NCBI GenBank assembly: GCA_965603825.1
Contig: CBFDEM010000024.1
Location: 558,001-622,000 of the forward strand
DNA length: 64,000 bases
Direction of reading: 5' to 3'
DNA from: Blepharisma stoltei ATCC 30299
Taxonomy: Eukaryota > Protista > Ciliophora
Positions 63,992-64,000 of the stretch are shown here, one piece after another; positions within the stretch are counted from its first letter, which is position 1, and each line of letters opens with the position of its first letter. Position numbers and translations under genes: made by a program. The notes beneath the pieces are model-generated. The model was not told the origin of the DNA. It did not search any database and saw nothing but the letters and a program-made list of their open reading frames with translations.

Positions 63992-64000
63992 TTAAGAATA

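Noticed and set aside
1-64000. Mycoplasma/Spiroplasma or mitochondrial origin because UGA=Trp
   Set aside because: Spliceosomal introns and nuclear eukaryotic genes (IMP4, VPS8, SPC25, DHHC, U-box) are present.
1-64000. UGA as selenocysteine or cysteine, or a code with all three stops ambiguous
   Set aside because: TGA aligns with TGG/Trp in paralogs and conserved motifs. In-frame TAA/TAG were found only at gene ends or inside introns.
1-64000. CRISPR array, rRNA, tRNA, telomere repeats, transposase
   Set aside because: No short repeat-spacer periodicity, cloverleaf, rRNA-like tract, tandem telomeric unit or DDE/RT motif was seen by eye; tRNAscan and Infernal were not run.

Overview
AT-rich eukaryotic nuclear DNA with the hallmarks of a heterotrich ciliate somatic (macronuclear) chromosome, most consistent with Blepharisma. 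In-frame TGA aligns with Trp (TGG) in paralogs and conserved motifs, TAA/TAG are the real stops, and every intron I can resolve is 15 or 16 nt (GT...A(10/11)...AG). The supplied standard-code ORF track is therefore heavily fragmented; I rebuilt genes by hand, and the exon arithmetic closes in frame for each model. Bases 1-33929 are a head-to-tail array of nine apparently intact paralogs (about 1140 aa each; the first is 5'-truncated by the window) in three subtypes, ordered A-B-A-B-A-B-C-C-C. Each encodes a signal peptide, about 12 kelch repeats (probably two beta-propellers), a Cys-rich TNFR/GCC2-GCC3-like stalk and TM1. This is fused to a TM2 / ~210-aa disulfide ectodomain / TM3 module whose ends resemble the ERGIC(Erv41/Erv46)/ENaC/PAC-type two-TM fold. 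It is the best candidate for an undescribed system: a receptor-channel or receptor-sorting hetero-oligomer family. The right half is compact and mostly intronless: U-box protein, IMP4, UDP-glucose dehydrogenase, a Cys-free glutaredoxin, a bacterial-type PGM1/BesA-like ATP-grasp ligase, a mini-Myb missing from the ORF track, a ZnT/CDF transporter, a PTPS-III-type pterin enzyme, VPS8, a DHHC acyltransferase, EEF1AKMT1/Efm5, SPC25, an ABCC transporter, an LRR protein and several hypothetical proteins. I saw no rRNA, tRNA, CRISPR array, telomere or transposase. All family calls come from motif recognition by eye, not database searches.
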